The notes under the pieces are model-generated. The model did not search any database and had not been told where the DNA came from. It saw only the letters and a list, made by a program, of their open reading frames with translations. A stretch of 64,000 nt of DNA. It comes from Vicinamibacteria bacterium. GTDB taxonomy: Bacteria; Acidobacteriota; Vicinamibacteria; Marinacidobacterales; Marinacidobacteraceae. The stretch covers positions 64,001 through 128,000 of the forward strand of contig OZ241322.1 in the NCBI GenBank assembly GCA_965199715.1. Direction: 5' to 3'. Shown here in pieces: positions 27,241-36,914 of the stretch (its first letter is position 1; each line of letters starts with the position of its first letter). The translations under genes were made by a program, and so were the position numbers.

Positions 27241-30200
27241 TCAGCCCAGCAGGCGCCGCAGCAGCGTCTCCGCGCGCTCCGCCGGAATCCCCCTCCTGAG
27301 CGCGTAGTCGCGCAACTGGTCCCGGCCGATCCGGCCGACGCTGAAGTACCGCGCTTCGGGGCTTCCGAAGTACATCCCGGCCACCGACGCGGCCGGATGG
27401 ATCGCGAAGTTCTCGGTGAGCGCGACCCCGATCCGCGCCGGGGCGTCCAGAAGCTCGAACACGTCGGCGAGGATTCCGAGGTCGGGCGTCGCGGGATAGC
27501 CGGGCGCGGGCCGGATCCCCTGGTACGCCTCCCGCAGCAGATCCTCGGGTGCCAGGTTCTCGTCGCGCCCGTAGCCGAGCGCGCGCCGCGCCTCCTGGTG
27601 GGTCTTCTCGGCGAGCGCCTCGGCCAGCCGGTCGCCGAGCGAACGCAGGAGCAGCGCGTCGTAGTCGTCTCCCTCCGCCGCCCGCACGAGATCGTCCAGC
27701 CCGGCGACGGTCACGGCGAACAGCCCGACCGTGTCCGCTTCGGAATCGAGGAAGTCGGCGGCGGCGAGGCGCGGGCCGGGCCGATCCTCCTGCTGGCGGA
27801 GCGTCGGGATGCGGCGAAGCGCCCGCTGCGGGTCCTCGGGATCGCGGACCTCGAGGTCGTCCCCGACCGAGACCGCCGGGAACAGCCCGAAGACCGCCTC
27901 GCCCGAGAGACCGTCCAGCCCCTCGAGCCGCGCCCGGGCGGCGTCGTGAAGCTCGCGGGCGGCGGGACCGGCGTAGGGGTGGTCGAGGAGCGCCGGGAAT
28001 GTTCCCCGGAACTGCCAGGCGTGGAAGAACGGCGTCCAGTCGATGTACGGGACGAGATCGACGACGGGAACGCTCCGCCGGCGGAACCCGAAGAACTCGG
28101 GGCGCACCGACTCCGCGCGCGCGAACCGGGGAGCGCGGGCGCGGGCCTCCTCGAGGCCCAGCAGCTTCGGCCGGGAGCGCGGGTCGCGCCGGCGGATCGC
28201 TTCCTGCTCGTCCCGGTTCCGTGCGACGAACGCGTCCCGGTCCGCGCCGAGGAGCGCCGCCGCCACCCCCGACGCCCGGGACGCGTCCGCCACGTGCACC
28301 ACCGGCGCGGCGCGCTTGGGGGCGATCCGCAGCGCCGTGTGGCGGACCGAGGTCGTCGCCCCGCCGATCAGCAGCGGCGTCGCGACCCCCCGGCGTTCCA
28401 TTTCTTCGGCGAAGCGCTCCATCTCGTCGAGCGACGGCGTGATGAGGCCGGAAAGCCCGATCAGCGAGGCCTCCGAGTCCAGCGCGGCGTCGAGGATCCG
28501 GTCCGCCGGGACCATGACCCCGAGGTCGTGGATCCGGTAGCCGTTGCAGGCCAGCACGATGCCCACGATGCTCTTGCCGATGTCGTGGACATCGCCGCGC
28601 ACCGTCGCGAGCACGATGGAGCCGCGCCGCGCGCCGGCGTCGGTCTCCATGAAGGGCTCGAGCGCGGCGACCGCCCGCTTCATCACCCGCGCGCTCTTGA
28701 CCACCTGAGGCAGGAACATCCGCCCGGCCCCGAACCGGTCGCCGACGACGCGCATCCCGTCCATGAGCGGCCCCTCGATCACCGCAAGCGCCTCGCCATG
28801 CTCGCCGAGCGCTTCCACGGCGTCCCGCTCCATGTGGTCGAGAACGCCTTCGAGGACCGCCCGGGCGAGCCGCTCGCCCACCGGCAGGTCGTCCCGCCGC
28901 TCGGCCTTGCGGCTGCGAAGCCGCGCCCGCGCTCCGGCGGCCGCCTCGACGAGCCGCTCCGTCGCGTCCGGACGGCGGGCGAGGAGCACGTCCTCCACCC
29001 GCTCGCGCAGCGCCTCGGGAATCGAGTCGATCGGTGGCAGCCTCCCGGCGTTCACGATCGCCATGTCGAGGCCGGCGGCGATCGCGTGGTGCAAGAAGAC
29101 CGAGTTCATGGCTTGGCGCACCGCCTCGTTCCCCCGAAACGCGAACGAGACGTTCGAGACTCCGCCGGAGAGCAGCGACCCCGGGCACGCCTCCCTGATG
29201 AGCGGCAGCGACGCGAGGAACTCCAGCGCGTAGCGGTCGTGCTCGGGAATTCCCGTGGCCACCGCGAGCACGTTGGGGTCGAGGATCACGTCCTCGGGCG
29301 GAAAACCGACGCGCTCGACCAGAAGGCGCGCCGCCCGCGCCGCGATCGCCGTCTTCCGCTCCCGGTCCACCGCCTGGCCCCGCTCGTCGAAGGCCATCAC
29401 CACTGTCGCGGCCCCGAACCGGCGCACCCGCTCCGCCGCCCGCAGGAAGGCGTCCTCGCCGTCCTTCAGCGAGAGCGAGTTCACGACGCACTTGCCGGGC
29501 GCCGCCCGAAGCCCGCGCTCCAGCACGCCCTGCCGCGAGCTGTCGATCATGATCGGGAGGCGGGCGACCTCCGGCTCCATCGCCACCAGCCGGAGGAACC
29601 GCTCCATCGCCGCCTCCGCGTCCAGAAGCGCGTCGTCCATGTTTACGTCGATGAGGTTCGCGCCGCTGCTCACCTGGTCCCGCGCGACCGCGAGCGCCTC
29701 TTCCAGCCGCTCCTCGCGGACGAGGCGGGCGAACTTGCGGGAGCCGGTGACGTTCGTGCGCTCGCCGATCACGAGGAAGCTGCCCTCGGGGCGCACGAGC
29801 GGCTCGGTCCCGGCGAGGCGGAGGCGGCGCGCGGGGCGGGGGACGCCGCGCGGCGGCACGTCCCGGACCGCCGCCCCGATCGCCTCGACGTGCTCGGGGC
29901 CGGTTCCGCAGCACCCCCCGACCGCATTCACGAGGCCGTCCCCGGCGAGGCTGCGTATCTCCCGGGCCATCGCCTCGGGGGTTTCGTCGTACTCGCCGAG
30001 CTCGTTCGGAAGCCCGGCGTTCGGCGCGAGCGTGATGGGAACCGCCGCCTCCCGCGCCAGATCCCGAACGAACGGGCGCATCGCCCCGGGGCCGAGCGAG
30101 CAGTTGATTCCGGCCGCCGTGACCGCGGCGTGGCCGACCGAGATCCAGAACGCCTCCGCGGTGTGCCCGGTCAGGTTCCGTCCGCTCCGATCGACCGCGG

Positions 30201-30825
30201 TGAACGAGACCACCAGGCCGGCGCGGCCCGGCGCCCGGTCGATGGCTTCGGTGGCGGCGTCCAGCGCCGCCTTCGCGTTCAGCGTGTCGAAGCAGGTCTC
30301 CACCAGAAGGACGTCGGCCCCGCCCTCGAGCAGCCCGGACGCCTGCTCTGCGTAGGAGTCGCGCAGCTCGTCGTAGCCCAGCGCGCGATGCGCCGGGTCG
30401 GCCACGTCGGGGGAGATCCCGAGCGTGCGGTTCGTGGGCCCCATGGAGCCGAGCACGAAGACCTCCGGCCCGCCCGCCCGCCGCGCCAGCGCCGCGCCCG
30501 CCCGGTTGATCTCGAACGCGAGGCTCGCCGCGCCGTAGTCGGCGAGCGAGATCGAGGTCGCGGTGAACGTGTTCGTGGTCAGCGCCTCGGCTCCCGCCGC
30601 GAGGTAGCGCCGATGCACCCCGAGCACCAGCTCGGGCCGGGTCAGGCAGAGCGCGTCGCCGAGGCCGGCGAGCGGCTGCGGGTGGTCGCGAAGCCGCTCG
30701 CCCCGATACCCCGCCTCGTCGAGCCGCTCCCGCTGGATCATGGTCCCGATCGCGCCGTCGATGAGCAGGATGCGCTGCGCCAGGGCGTCCAGCAGCGCCC
30801 CGTGGCGGTCGTCGCGAGCGGTCAT
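27241..30825 (-). CDS. metH: Cobalamin-dependent methionine synthase
   Basis: DGAIGTMIQ, GGCCGT, IGERTN, DVHDIGK, GLSGLITPSL and GIRPAPGYP motifs. Confidence 0.98.
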   Translation of the reverse strand: MTARDDRHGALLDALAQRILLIDGAIGTMIQRERLDEAGYRGERLRDHPQPLAGLGDALCLTRPELVLGVHRRYLAAGAEALTTNTFTATSISLADYGAASLAFEINRAGAALARRAGGPEVFVLGSMGPTNRTLGISPDVADPAHRALGYDELRDSYAEQASGLLEGGADVLLVETCFDTLNAKAALDAATEAIDRAPGRAGLVVSFTAVDRSGRNLTGHTAEAFWISVGHAAVTAAGINCSLGPGAMRPFVRDLAREAAVPITLAPNAGLPNELGEYDETPEAMAREIRSLAGDGLVNAVGGCCGTGPEHVEAIGAAVRDVPPRGVPRPARRLRLAGTEPLVRPEGSFLVIGERTNVTGSRKFARLVREERLEEALAVARDQVSSGANLIDVNMDDALLDAEAAMERFLRLVAMEPEVARLPIMIDSSRQGVLERGLRAAPGKCVVNSLSLKDGEDAFLRAAERVRRFGAATVVMAFDERGQAVDRERKTAIAARAARLLVERVGFPPEDVILDPNVLAVATGIPEHDRYALEFLASLPLIREACPGSLLSGGVSNVSFAFRGNEAVRQAMNSVFLHHAIAAGLDMAIVNAGRLPPIDSIPEALRERVEDVLLARRPDATERLVEAAAGARARLRSRKAERRDDLPVGERLARAVLEGVLDHMERDAVEALGEHGEALAVIEGPLMDGMRVVGDRFGAGRMFLPQVVKSARVMKRAVAALEPFMETDAGARRGSIVLATVRGDVHDIGKSIVGIVLACNGYRIHDLGVMVPADRILDAALDSEASLIGLSGLITPSLDEMERFAEEMERRGVATPLLIGGATTSVRHTALRIAPKRAAPVVHVADASRASGVAAALLGADRDAFVARNRDEQEAIRRRDPRSRPKLLGLEEARARAPRFARAESVRPEFFGFRRRSVPVVDLVPYIDWTPFFHAWQFRGTFPALLDHPYAGPAARELHDAARARLEGLDGLSGEAVFGLFPAVSVGDDLEVRDPEDPQRALRRIPTLRQQEDRPGPRLAAADFLDSEADTVGLFAVTVAGLDDLVRAAEGDDYDALLLRSLGDRLAEALAEKTHQEARRALGYGRDENLAPEDLLREAYQGIRPAPGYPATPDLGILADVFELLDAPARIGVALTENFAIHPAASVAGMYFGSPEARYFSVGRIGRDQLRDYALRRGIPAERAETLLRRLLG

Positions 30826-30863
30826 TGGCGCCCGGAAGTGTAGGGGTAGGATTGCCGGGCGCC
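30826..30863. promoter_or_regulatory. Symmetric bidirectional promoter between metH and the symporter
   Basis: TACACT (-, 30837-30842) and TAGGAT (+, 30847-30852) each lie 11 nt from a start codon, flanked by the inverted repeat GGCGCCCGG/CCGGGCGCC. Confidence 0.5.
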
Positions 30864-32096
30864 GTGAGCCGCATCCCCCTCCACCTTCAGGTCGTCATCG
30901 GCGCGGTCGCCGGAATCCTCGTCGGCGCGCTCGTGGGCGAACCGGCGTCCCTGCTCCAGCCGGTTGCGGATCTCTTCGTCCAGTTGCTGCGGATGATCAT
31001 CGCCCCGATGATCTTCCTCACGCTGGCGGTGGCCATCATCGGCCACGGGGCGCGGTCGGTTTCGGGCGTCGGCGTCCGGGCGGTCGCCTACAACCTCGTC
31101 ACGCTCTCGATCGCGCTCGCCGTCGGGATCGGCGTCGCCGCCGCGCTCGGCCCGGGCGAGGGTCTGGACGCCGCGACCCGCGCCTCGCTGGAGGGGAGCG
31201 GAACGGCTCCGGCGGTGACGGGCGAGCCCCGGTCGGCCCTCGACGTCCTCATCGGCGTCGTCCCGACGAACGTCTTCAGCGCGTTCGTGGACGGCGACGT
31301 CCTCCAGATCCTCTTCCTCGCGATCCTCTTCGGCGTGGCGGTGCGGGCGGTGGGGATCGACCGGTTGGACGGCCTCGTGCGCGTCGTGCGGGGCATGAAC
31401 CAGCTCGTGTACAAGGTGGTCCACTGGGTGGTGCTGCTCGCCCCGTTCGGCGTGTTCGCGATCCTCGCCGCGGTGGTGGGCCGCAGCGGGCTCGGCATCC
31501 TCGGCGCGCTCGCGTGGTACTGCGCCGTGGTCTTCCTCGCGATCCTCGCGCACGTCACGTTCGTCCACGTCGGCGCGGTTCGCGTTCTCGCCCGGCAGCC
31601 GCTCGGCAACTTCCTTCGGGCGCTGCGGGAGCCGCTTCCGATCGCCTTCGCGGCGGTCTCGACCGCGGCGGCGCTTCCGGCGTCCATGGTGGCCGTGCCG
31701 CGCGAGACCGGGATCACCGAGCGCGCCGCTGGGTTCGTGCTGCCGCTCGGGGCCGCCGCCGGACGCGATTCCAGCGGGATCTACCAAGTCGTCTCGGTGC
31801 TTTGCATCGCCCAGCTCGTGGGCCGCTCGCTCGACGGCCCCGAACTCTTCCTGCTGTGGGTGACCGCGATCCTCTCCTCGCTCGCGGTCGCGGCGGTGCC
31901 GGGCGCGAGCTTCGTGAACCTGACCATCCTGCTGGACGCCGTCGGCCTTCCGGTCACGCTCGCCGCGCTCGTGTTCGCGGTGGAGCGGCCGCTCGACCAC
32001 CTGCGCACCAGCGGGAATCTCATCGGCCAGCTCGCCAACGCGACGTTCACCGGAGCGACGAGCGGCGAGATCGGACCGCCGGGACGAAGGCGCTGA
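30864..32096 (+). CDS. Dicarboxylate/amino acid:cation symporter (DAACS/GltP family)
   Basis: LLRMIIAP, VPTNVF, LAPFGVF, FVLPLG, AAVPG and DHLRTSGN motifs. Confidence 0.9.
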   Translation: MSRIPLHLQVVIGAVAGILVGALVGEPASLLQPVADLFVQLLRMIIAPMIFLTLAVAIIGHGARSVSGVGVRAVAYNLVTLSIALAVGIGVAAALGPGEGLDAATRASLEGSGTAPAVTGEPRSALDVLIGVVPTNVFSAFVDGDVLQILFLAILFGVAVRAVGIDRLDGLVRVVRGMNQLVYKVVHWVVLLAPFGVFAILAAVVGRSGLGILGALAWYCAVVFLAILAHVTFVHVGAVRVLARQPLGNFLRALREPLPIAFAAVSTAAALPASMVAVPRETGITERAAGFVLPLGAAAGRDSSGIYQVVSVLCIAQLVGRSLDGPELFLLWVTAILSSLAVAAVPGASFVNLTILLDAVGLPVTLAALVFAVERPLDHLRTSGNLIGQLANATFTGATSGEIGPPGRRR

Positions 32097-32097
32097 G

Positions 32098-33006
32098 TTG
32101 CGGCGCGTCCTCCTCGCGCTGCCGCTCCTCGTCGGCTGCGGCGGCTCCGAACCGAGTTCGGTCGCGCCGACTCCGCCATCCGCGGCGAACGTGCGGGGCA
32201 TGGTCGTCGCTACGGTCACCGGCGTCCCGGCCCCGGGCGCGACGCTGCGCGCCGGGGAGCGGACCGCGAGCGCCGGCTCGGACGGCCGATTCTCGCTGGA
32301 CCTCCCCGTCGGGACGCACCGGATCACGCTCTCCGCCCCCGGCTTTGTGGAGCGCGTGACGACGATCCGGGCGCCCAACGCCGACCTGCGGCTCGACCTC
32401 ATCCCCGAGGCGGCCCCGTGGGACCTGCGGTTCTATCGGGAGCTGGCCCGAAACGGCGCTGGCGGCGGCGACCTGGAGCCGCTGCGCCGCTGGAACCAGG
32501 AGCCGGTCTTCTACGTCGATTCCAACCCCGAGCCCACGACCGGCGACCTGGTTCCCGAAGCCGCGATCGAGCTCGTCCTGGAAGCGATCCGGGTGACCGT
32601 GCCGCTGCTCACCGGCGGCCGCTTCACCGGCGAGCGGGTCCACGTCACGACGGACCCGCCCGCCGACATGACGCCGGGCACGGTCGTGCTGCGCTGGAAC
32701 GCCGCCGAGGTGGAGTCCGAGATCGGCGTGGGGGACGCCTTCGCCTACCGGGTCGGCGGACCGGCGAACGTGGTCGTCTTCCGGCACTTCGAGCAGACCT
32801 TCGCCGCGCACCACGAGATCGGGCACGTGCTCGGCCTCTACCACCCGCTCGGCGGCTTTCGGCCCTCGCACATGTGGTACTCCGGCGTCCTCGACCCGCC
32901 CCACTTCACCCAGTGGGACGTCTTCCACGCCCGCGTCCTCTACAGCCGGCCCGAGGGCAACTCCGATCCGGACGTGGACCCGCCGGGCTTCGTGGCCGGT
33001 GAGTAG
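32098..33006 (+). CDS. Lipoprotein with carboxypeptidase-regulatory-like domain and metzincin protease domain
   Basis: Lipobox LLVGC; HEIGHVLGLYH followed by a Met-turn-like SHM. Confidence 0.75.
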   Translation: MRRVLLALPLLVGCGGSEPSSVAPTPPSAANVRGMVVATVTGVPAPGATLRAGERTASAGSDGRFSLDLPVGTHRITLSAPGFVERVTTIRAPNADLRLDLIPEAAPWDLRFYRELARNGAGGGDLEPLRRWNQEPVFYVDSNPEPTTGDLVPEAAIELVLEAIRVTVPLLTGGRFTGERVHVTTDPPADMTPGTVVLRWNAAEVESEIGVGDAFAYRVGGPANVVVFRHFEQTFAAHHEIGHVLGLYHPLGGFRPSHMWYSGVLDPPHFTQWDVFHARVLYSRPEGNSDPDVDPPGFVAGE

Positions 33007-33007
33007 G

Positions 33008-34537
33008 TCAGGGAACGAGCAGGTTCCGCCGGAGCCGGCCGGCCGCCGGGTCGGACATCCCGTCGGCGAGCGTCGAGGCGAAGCCGGGCCCGTAGCGCCC
33101 GGCGAAGACGAGCGGCCCCAGCCGACGCTCCTGCGGCGCGCCGCCGGGGAAGAGCGCGTTCCGCGCCCGCAGGAAGCGCCGCCGCCGCTCCTGGTCGCGC
33201 CGCTTGGCCGCCCGCAGCGCCTTGCCCTCCAGATCGCCGAGGATGCCCAGCACCTTGCCCCGCGCGCGGGCGACGGCTCCGGCGAGGCTCGGGTCGAGCG
33301 CCCCGAGCGCCGCCTCGACCGCGGCGAGCCGTTCCTCGTTCGCGGCCCGCGCCGAAGCGAGCGCCGCGTCGGAACGGGGATCGCCGGAGCGCCGGTTGAG
33401 CGCGGCCTCGTCGGCGTGCGAGAGCTCATCGAAGCCGATCCCGTCCTCGTCCAGAACCCGCAGCGCCGGCCGATGCAGGATGCTGACGAGGTGCCGCGGC
33501 AGCACCAGCGGCCGCGGAATTCCGTGGAGTTCGTAGAGCGCTCCCATCTGCGCGTGGTAGGCGAGCTCCGACGGCCCCGCGACGTACGCCGCGGTGGGGA
33601 GGAGCGCGTCCTGGACCAGCGGGCGCAAGAGCACCGCGGCGCTCGCGCGTTCCGGCGCGGACTCCAGATCCGGCCACGGCGGCTCGGCGCGGCTGCGGAC
33701 GGAGTCCACCGTTCGGAAGACGCCGTACCCGGTCGGGCTCGCCTGCGGCGCGAACCCCCGCGCCTCGATTCGCGCGCTCGTCGACTCCACGAGCGCCCGC
33801 GCCTCGTCCTGCCGGTCGAGCGCCGCCCGATAGACCGGCGTCGCCAGCGCCTTCAGCGCCGGGTCGCTCGGGTTCATCACGACGAGTCCGGACCCCCGGG
33901 TCAGCCACGCGAGCAGCCGGGCGAAGGCGCCCGCGAGCGTCCGGCCCGGCCGGTAGGCGTCGCGCGCGGCGGCGACCGTTTCTTCGGAGAACGCCGTCTT
34001 CGGCAGCGTCCGCTCGAACTCGTCCAGCAGCGTCAGGACGTTGTCGTCCAGCCGGCGCACCGATCCCGGCGTTCCCGGCGCCTCGTCGTCCGGGGCGTAC
34101 CGCAGCGAGACCGGCTTCCCGCCCGAATCCAGGATCCACGCGGTCCGGATTTCCTCGAAATCGTGGTCGTCGCCCTCGACCCAGAACACCGGCACCGCCG
34201 GGCGCCCGGCGCGCTCCTCGAATCGCCGCGCCGCCACGACCGTCGAGATCGCCTTCGCGAGCCCGTAGAGCGGTCCGCCGAGGAGACCCGGCTGCTGGCC
34301 GGTGACGATCGCGACCGCGCTCGGATCGGCGAGGCGGCCGGCTGCCTCGCCGCCTTGCCGGACGAGCGCCTCTGCGACCGCCTCCCGGGGTCGGGCGAGG
34401 CTCAGCGTCCGCTCGACCGCGTCCCGCTCGGCGTCCGGAGCGAACGGATCGGGCAGGAACTCGGCGAACCCGCCCGGATCCCGCGCCCACGCCCCGAAGA
34501 ACCCGCCCGGCGGGAGGTCGAGCGTCCGGACGTTCAC
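33008..34537 (-). CDS. bshC: Bacillithiol biosynthesis cysteine-adding enzyme
   Basis: VTGQQPGLLGGPLY..KA, PVFWVEGDDHDFEE, LLRPLVQD, YVAGPSELAY and PQER motifs. Confidence 0.93.
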   Translation of the reverse strand: MNVRTLDLPPGGFFGAWARDPGGFAEFLPDPFAPDAERDAVERTLSLARPREAVAEALVRQGGEAAGRLADPSAVAIVTGQQPGLLGGPLYGLAKAISTVVAARRFEERAGRPAVPVFWVEGDDHDFEEIRTAWILDSGGKPVSLRYAPDDEAPGTPGSVRRLDDNVLTLLDEFERTLPKTAFSEETVAAARDAYRPGRTLAGAFARLLAWLTRGSGLVVMNPSDPALKALATPVYRAALDRQDEARALVESTSARIEARGFAPQASPTGYGVFRTVDSVRSRAEPPWPDLESAPERASAAVLLRPLVQDALLPTAAYVAGPSELAYHAQMGALYELHGIPRPLVLPRHLVSILHRPALRVLDEDGIGFDELSHADEAALNRRSGDPRSDAALASARAANEERLAAVEAALGALDPSLAGAVARARGKVLGILGDLEGKALRAAKRRDQERRRRFLRARNALFPGGAPQERRLGPLVFAGRYGPGFASTLADGMSDPAAGRLRRNLLVP

Positions 34538-34965
34538 AGCCGGCCCATCCGTTCAAGCGGCCAGTAGCGGAACAGCACCTTCCCCACGATGGCCTCGCCC
34601 GCGACCGCGCCGAACTGGCGGCTGTCCCGGCTGCGCCCGCGGTTGTCCCCGAGCACGAAGTAGCGGTCGCCGTCGAGGACCAGCGGCGCGGGGGCGCGGC
34701 CCCGGCGAGCGGCGAACCGCACCGTGTCTCCCGGAAGCGCCACCACCCGCTTCACCATCGCGGTCTCCCGATGGTCGAACACGACGAGATCGCCGCGATC
34801 CACGCCGAACCACCGGAACCCCGCCGGGCTGATGAGGATGCGCTCCCCCGGCTGGAGCGCCGGCGCCATGCTGCGGCCCTCGACCCGGTAGCTGCGGACC
34901 GCGTGGCCCGCCCCGAATCCGAGCGCGCCGGCGGCGAGCAGCGTGAGCGCGACCCGGACTCTCAC
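34534..34965 (-). CDS. lepB: Signal peptidase I (minimal)
   Basis: GRSMAPAL (Ser), VKRV (Lys) and GDNR..SRDSR.FG motifs. Confidence 0.9.
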   Translation of the reverse strand: MRVRVALTLLAAGALGFGAGHAVRSYRVEGRSMAPALQPGERILISPAGFRWFGVDRGDLVVFDHRETAMVKRVVALPGDTVRFAARRGRAPAPLVLDGDRYFVLGDNRGRSRDSRQFGAVAGEAIVGKVLFRYWPLERMGRL

Positions 34966-36869
34966 ATGCGCTCCGGGGCGGGGATGCCGAGCAGCGCCAT
35001 CCCCGCCGCGTGCCACGCGAGGAAGCAGGCGACCGCGTGCGCCCGCAGCTCGAGGGCGTTCGCGTCCGGCTCGCCCGCGATCCGGTAGCGGTGGTAGAAG
35101 GCGTTGAAGCGCTGGGCGCCGTCGTAGGCCCAGCGGGCGAGGATCTGGGGTTCCTCGGATTCCGCGGCGCGGGCGGCCGCGTCCCGCAGCGAGGCGGCCT
35201 CGCGCATCAGCGTCCAGAGCGCGGTGGACTCCTCGGGATCGAGCGCGTCGAGGCGACGGTCGAGGTCGGGCAGGGGAGCGGGCGGACGATCGGGAACCTC
35301 CGCGCCGATGCGCACGAGGATGTTGCGGGCGCGGACCGCCGCGTACTGGAGGTACGGGCCGGTCGCGCCGTCGAAGCTGAGCGCCTCGTCGAGGTCGAAC
35401 GCGATGATCTGGCTCTTCGTGACCTTGACCATCAGGTACCGCAGCGCCCCGACGGCGACGTCCCGCGCCAGCGCCCACCGCGCCGCCTCGTCGAGGTCGG
35501 GATTCCGACGCGCGACCTCCTCCCCGGCCCGCTCGATGAGCGCGTCGAGGAAGTCGTCCGCCTTCACCCCAATGCCCTTGCGCCCGGACACCTCCACGCT
35601 GCCGCGCCCCGAGCCGTCGCCGAGGCCGAGCCGCTCGAGCGTCGCCCGCGTGAGCGAGACCATCTCGTAGGCGAAGTGCCGCGTCCGGGCGCGGTCCGCC
35701 TCCGTCGTCAGGCGGGCGACGGCCTCCTGGACGATCTGCTGCGGGTAGGACTGGCGGGCGTCGATCACGTGGTGGACGACCGCGCCGGCGCCGAACGTCG
35801 GCGCGTCCGGGTCCGCCTCCCCGTCGGTCGTGATCCACGCGGTGGCGCCGTCCGGATAGCAGTGGAACCGGCGGGAGCGGAATTCGAGGCCGAGCAGGCC
35901 GATCTGCCACAACTGATACGGGATGTCCTTGCCCACGTAGGTCACGGTGCCGTTCGAGCGGACGATCACCTTCTCGCCGTCCTGCGCGAGCGGGGTGTCC
36001 ATGACCCAGCAGCCCCGGTTCTTGCCGGAGTCGCTCAGCCGGATCGCGCCGCGCTCCTGCAGCAGCTCGAACGCGCGGTCCCAGAAGCGGAGCCGAAGGA
36101 TCGTCTTCTCGCAGGGCAGGACGTCGTAGCGCGCCCCGATCCGCTCCATCGTCTCGACGTGGCGAAGCGCGACCCGATCCGCGACGATCGCGCCGATCTC
36201 CGACCACGGCGGATCGCCGTGTTCGAGGCCCCACAGCGCCTCGCGCCGCAGCTCCGCCCGCTCCGGATCCTCTTCCAGCCAGCGCGAGACCTCGGTGTAG
36301 AGCTCCCAGCAGAGGTAGTCGAAGCGCGGCTTCCGGGCGAGCTCCCGCACTGCGTCGGCGTCGAGCCCGCGCAGCGCGACGAAGCCGAGCGCCACGTCGG
36401 CCACCTGCACCCCGGTGTCGTCGATGTAGTTGTGGATCTCGACCGCGTGGCCGAGGAACTTCAGAATGCGGGCGAAGGAATCGCCGAGCGCCGCGTTCCG
36501 CAGGTGGCCGATGTGCGCGGCCTTGTTGGGGTTGATGCAGGTGTGCTCGACGATGCGCAGCCCGTCCGGCGCCTGCGTCGGCGGTTCGGCGGCGGCGCGC
36601 AGCCAGCGCTCCCGGTCGAGGAACACGTTCACGTAGCCCGGGCCGGCGACTTCGACCCGCCGCACGGCCGGATGAGCTTCGAGCGACGCAGCGATCGAGG
36701 CCGCGATCTCGCGGGGCGGCCGCCGGAGGACGCGGGCGAGGGCGAGCGCGGCGGGGAACGCGACGTCGCCCCGGTCCGGGCTGGCGGGGGTGTCCGCGAC
36801 GACCCGCGGTTTCGGGACGCCGAGGTCCCGAACCGCCTCCCGGACCGTATCGACCAGTCCGGTGAGCAT
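34962..36869 (-). CDS. argS: Arginine--tRNA ligase
   Basis: GPGYVN, NPNKAAHIGHLRN (HIGH), VSGRKG and GPYLQYA motifs. Confidence 0.96.
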   Translation of the reverse strand: MLTGLVDTVREAVRDLGVPKPRVVADTPASPDRGDVAFPAALALARVLRRPPREIAASIAASLEAHPAVRRVEVAGPGYVNVFLDRERWLRAAAEPPTQAPDGLRIVEHTCINPNKAAHIGHLRNAALGDSFARILKFLGHAVEIHNYIDDTGVQVADVALGFVALRGLDADAVRELARKPRFDYLCWELYTEVSRWLEEDPERAELRREALWGLEHGDPPWSEIGAIVADRVALRHVETMERIGARYDVLPCEKTILRLRFWDRAFELLQERGAIRLSDSGKNRGCWVMDTPLAQDGEKVIVRSNGTVTYVGKDIPYQLWQIGLLGLEFRSRRFHCYPDGATAWITTDGEADPDAPTFGAGAVVHHVIDARQSYPQQIVQEAVARLTTEADRARTRHFAYEMVSLTRATLERLGLGDGSGRGSVEVSGRKGIGVKADDFLDALIERAGEEVARRNPDLDEAARWALARDVAVGALRYLMVKVTKSQIIAFDLDEALSFDGATGPYLQYAAVRARNILVRIGAEVPDRPPAPLPDLDRRLDALDPEESTALWTLMREAASLRDAAARAAESEEPQILARWAYDGAQRFNAFYHRYRIAGEPDANALELRAHAVACFLAWHAAGMALLGIPAPERM

Positions 36870-36914
36870 GAGGGATCGGCGCGGATTCTATGCCGCGCTT
36901 CCTAGAATCCCCGC

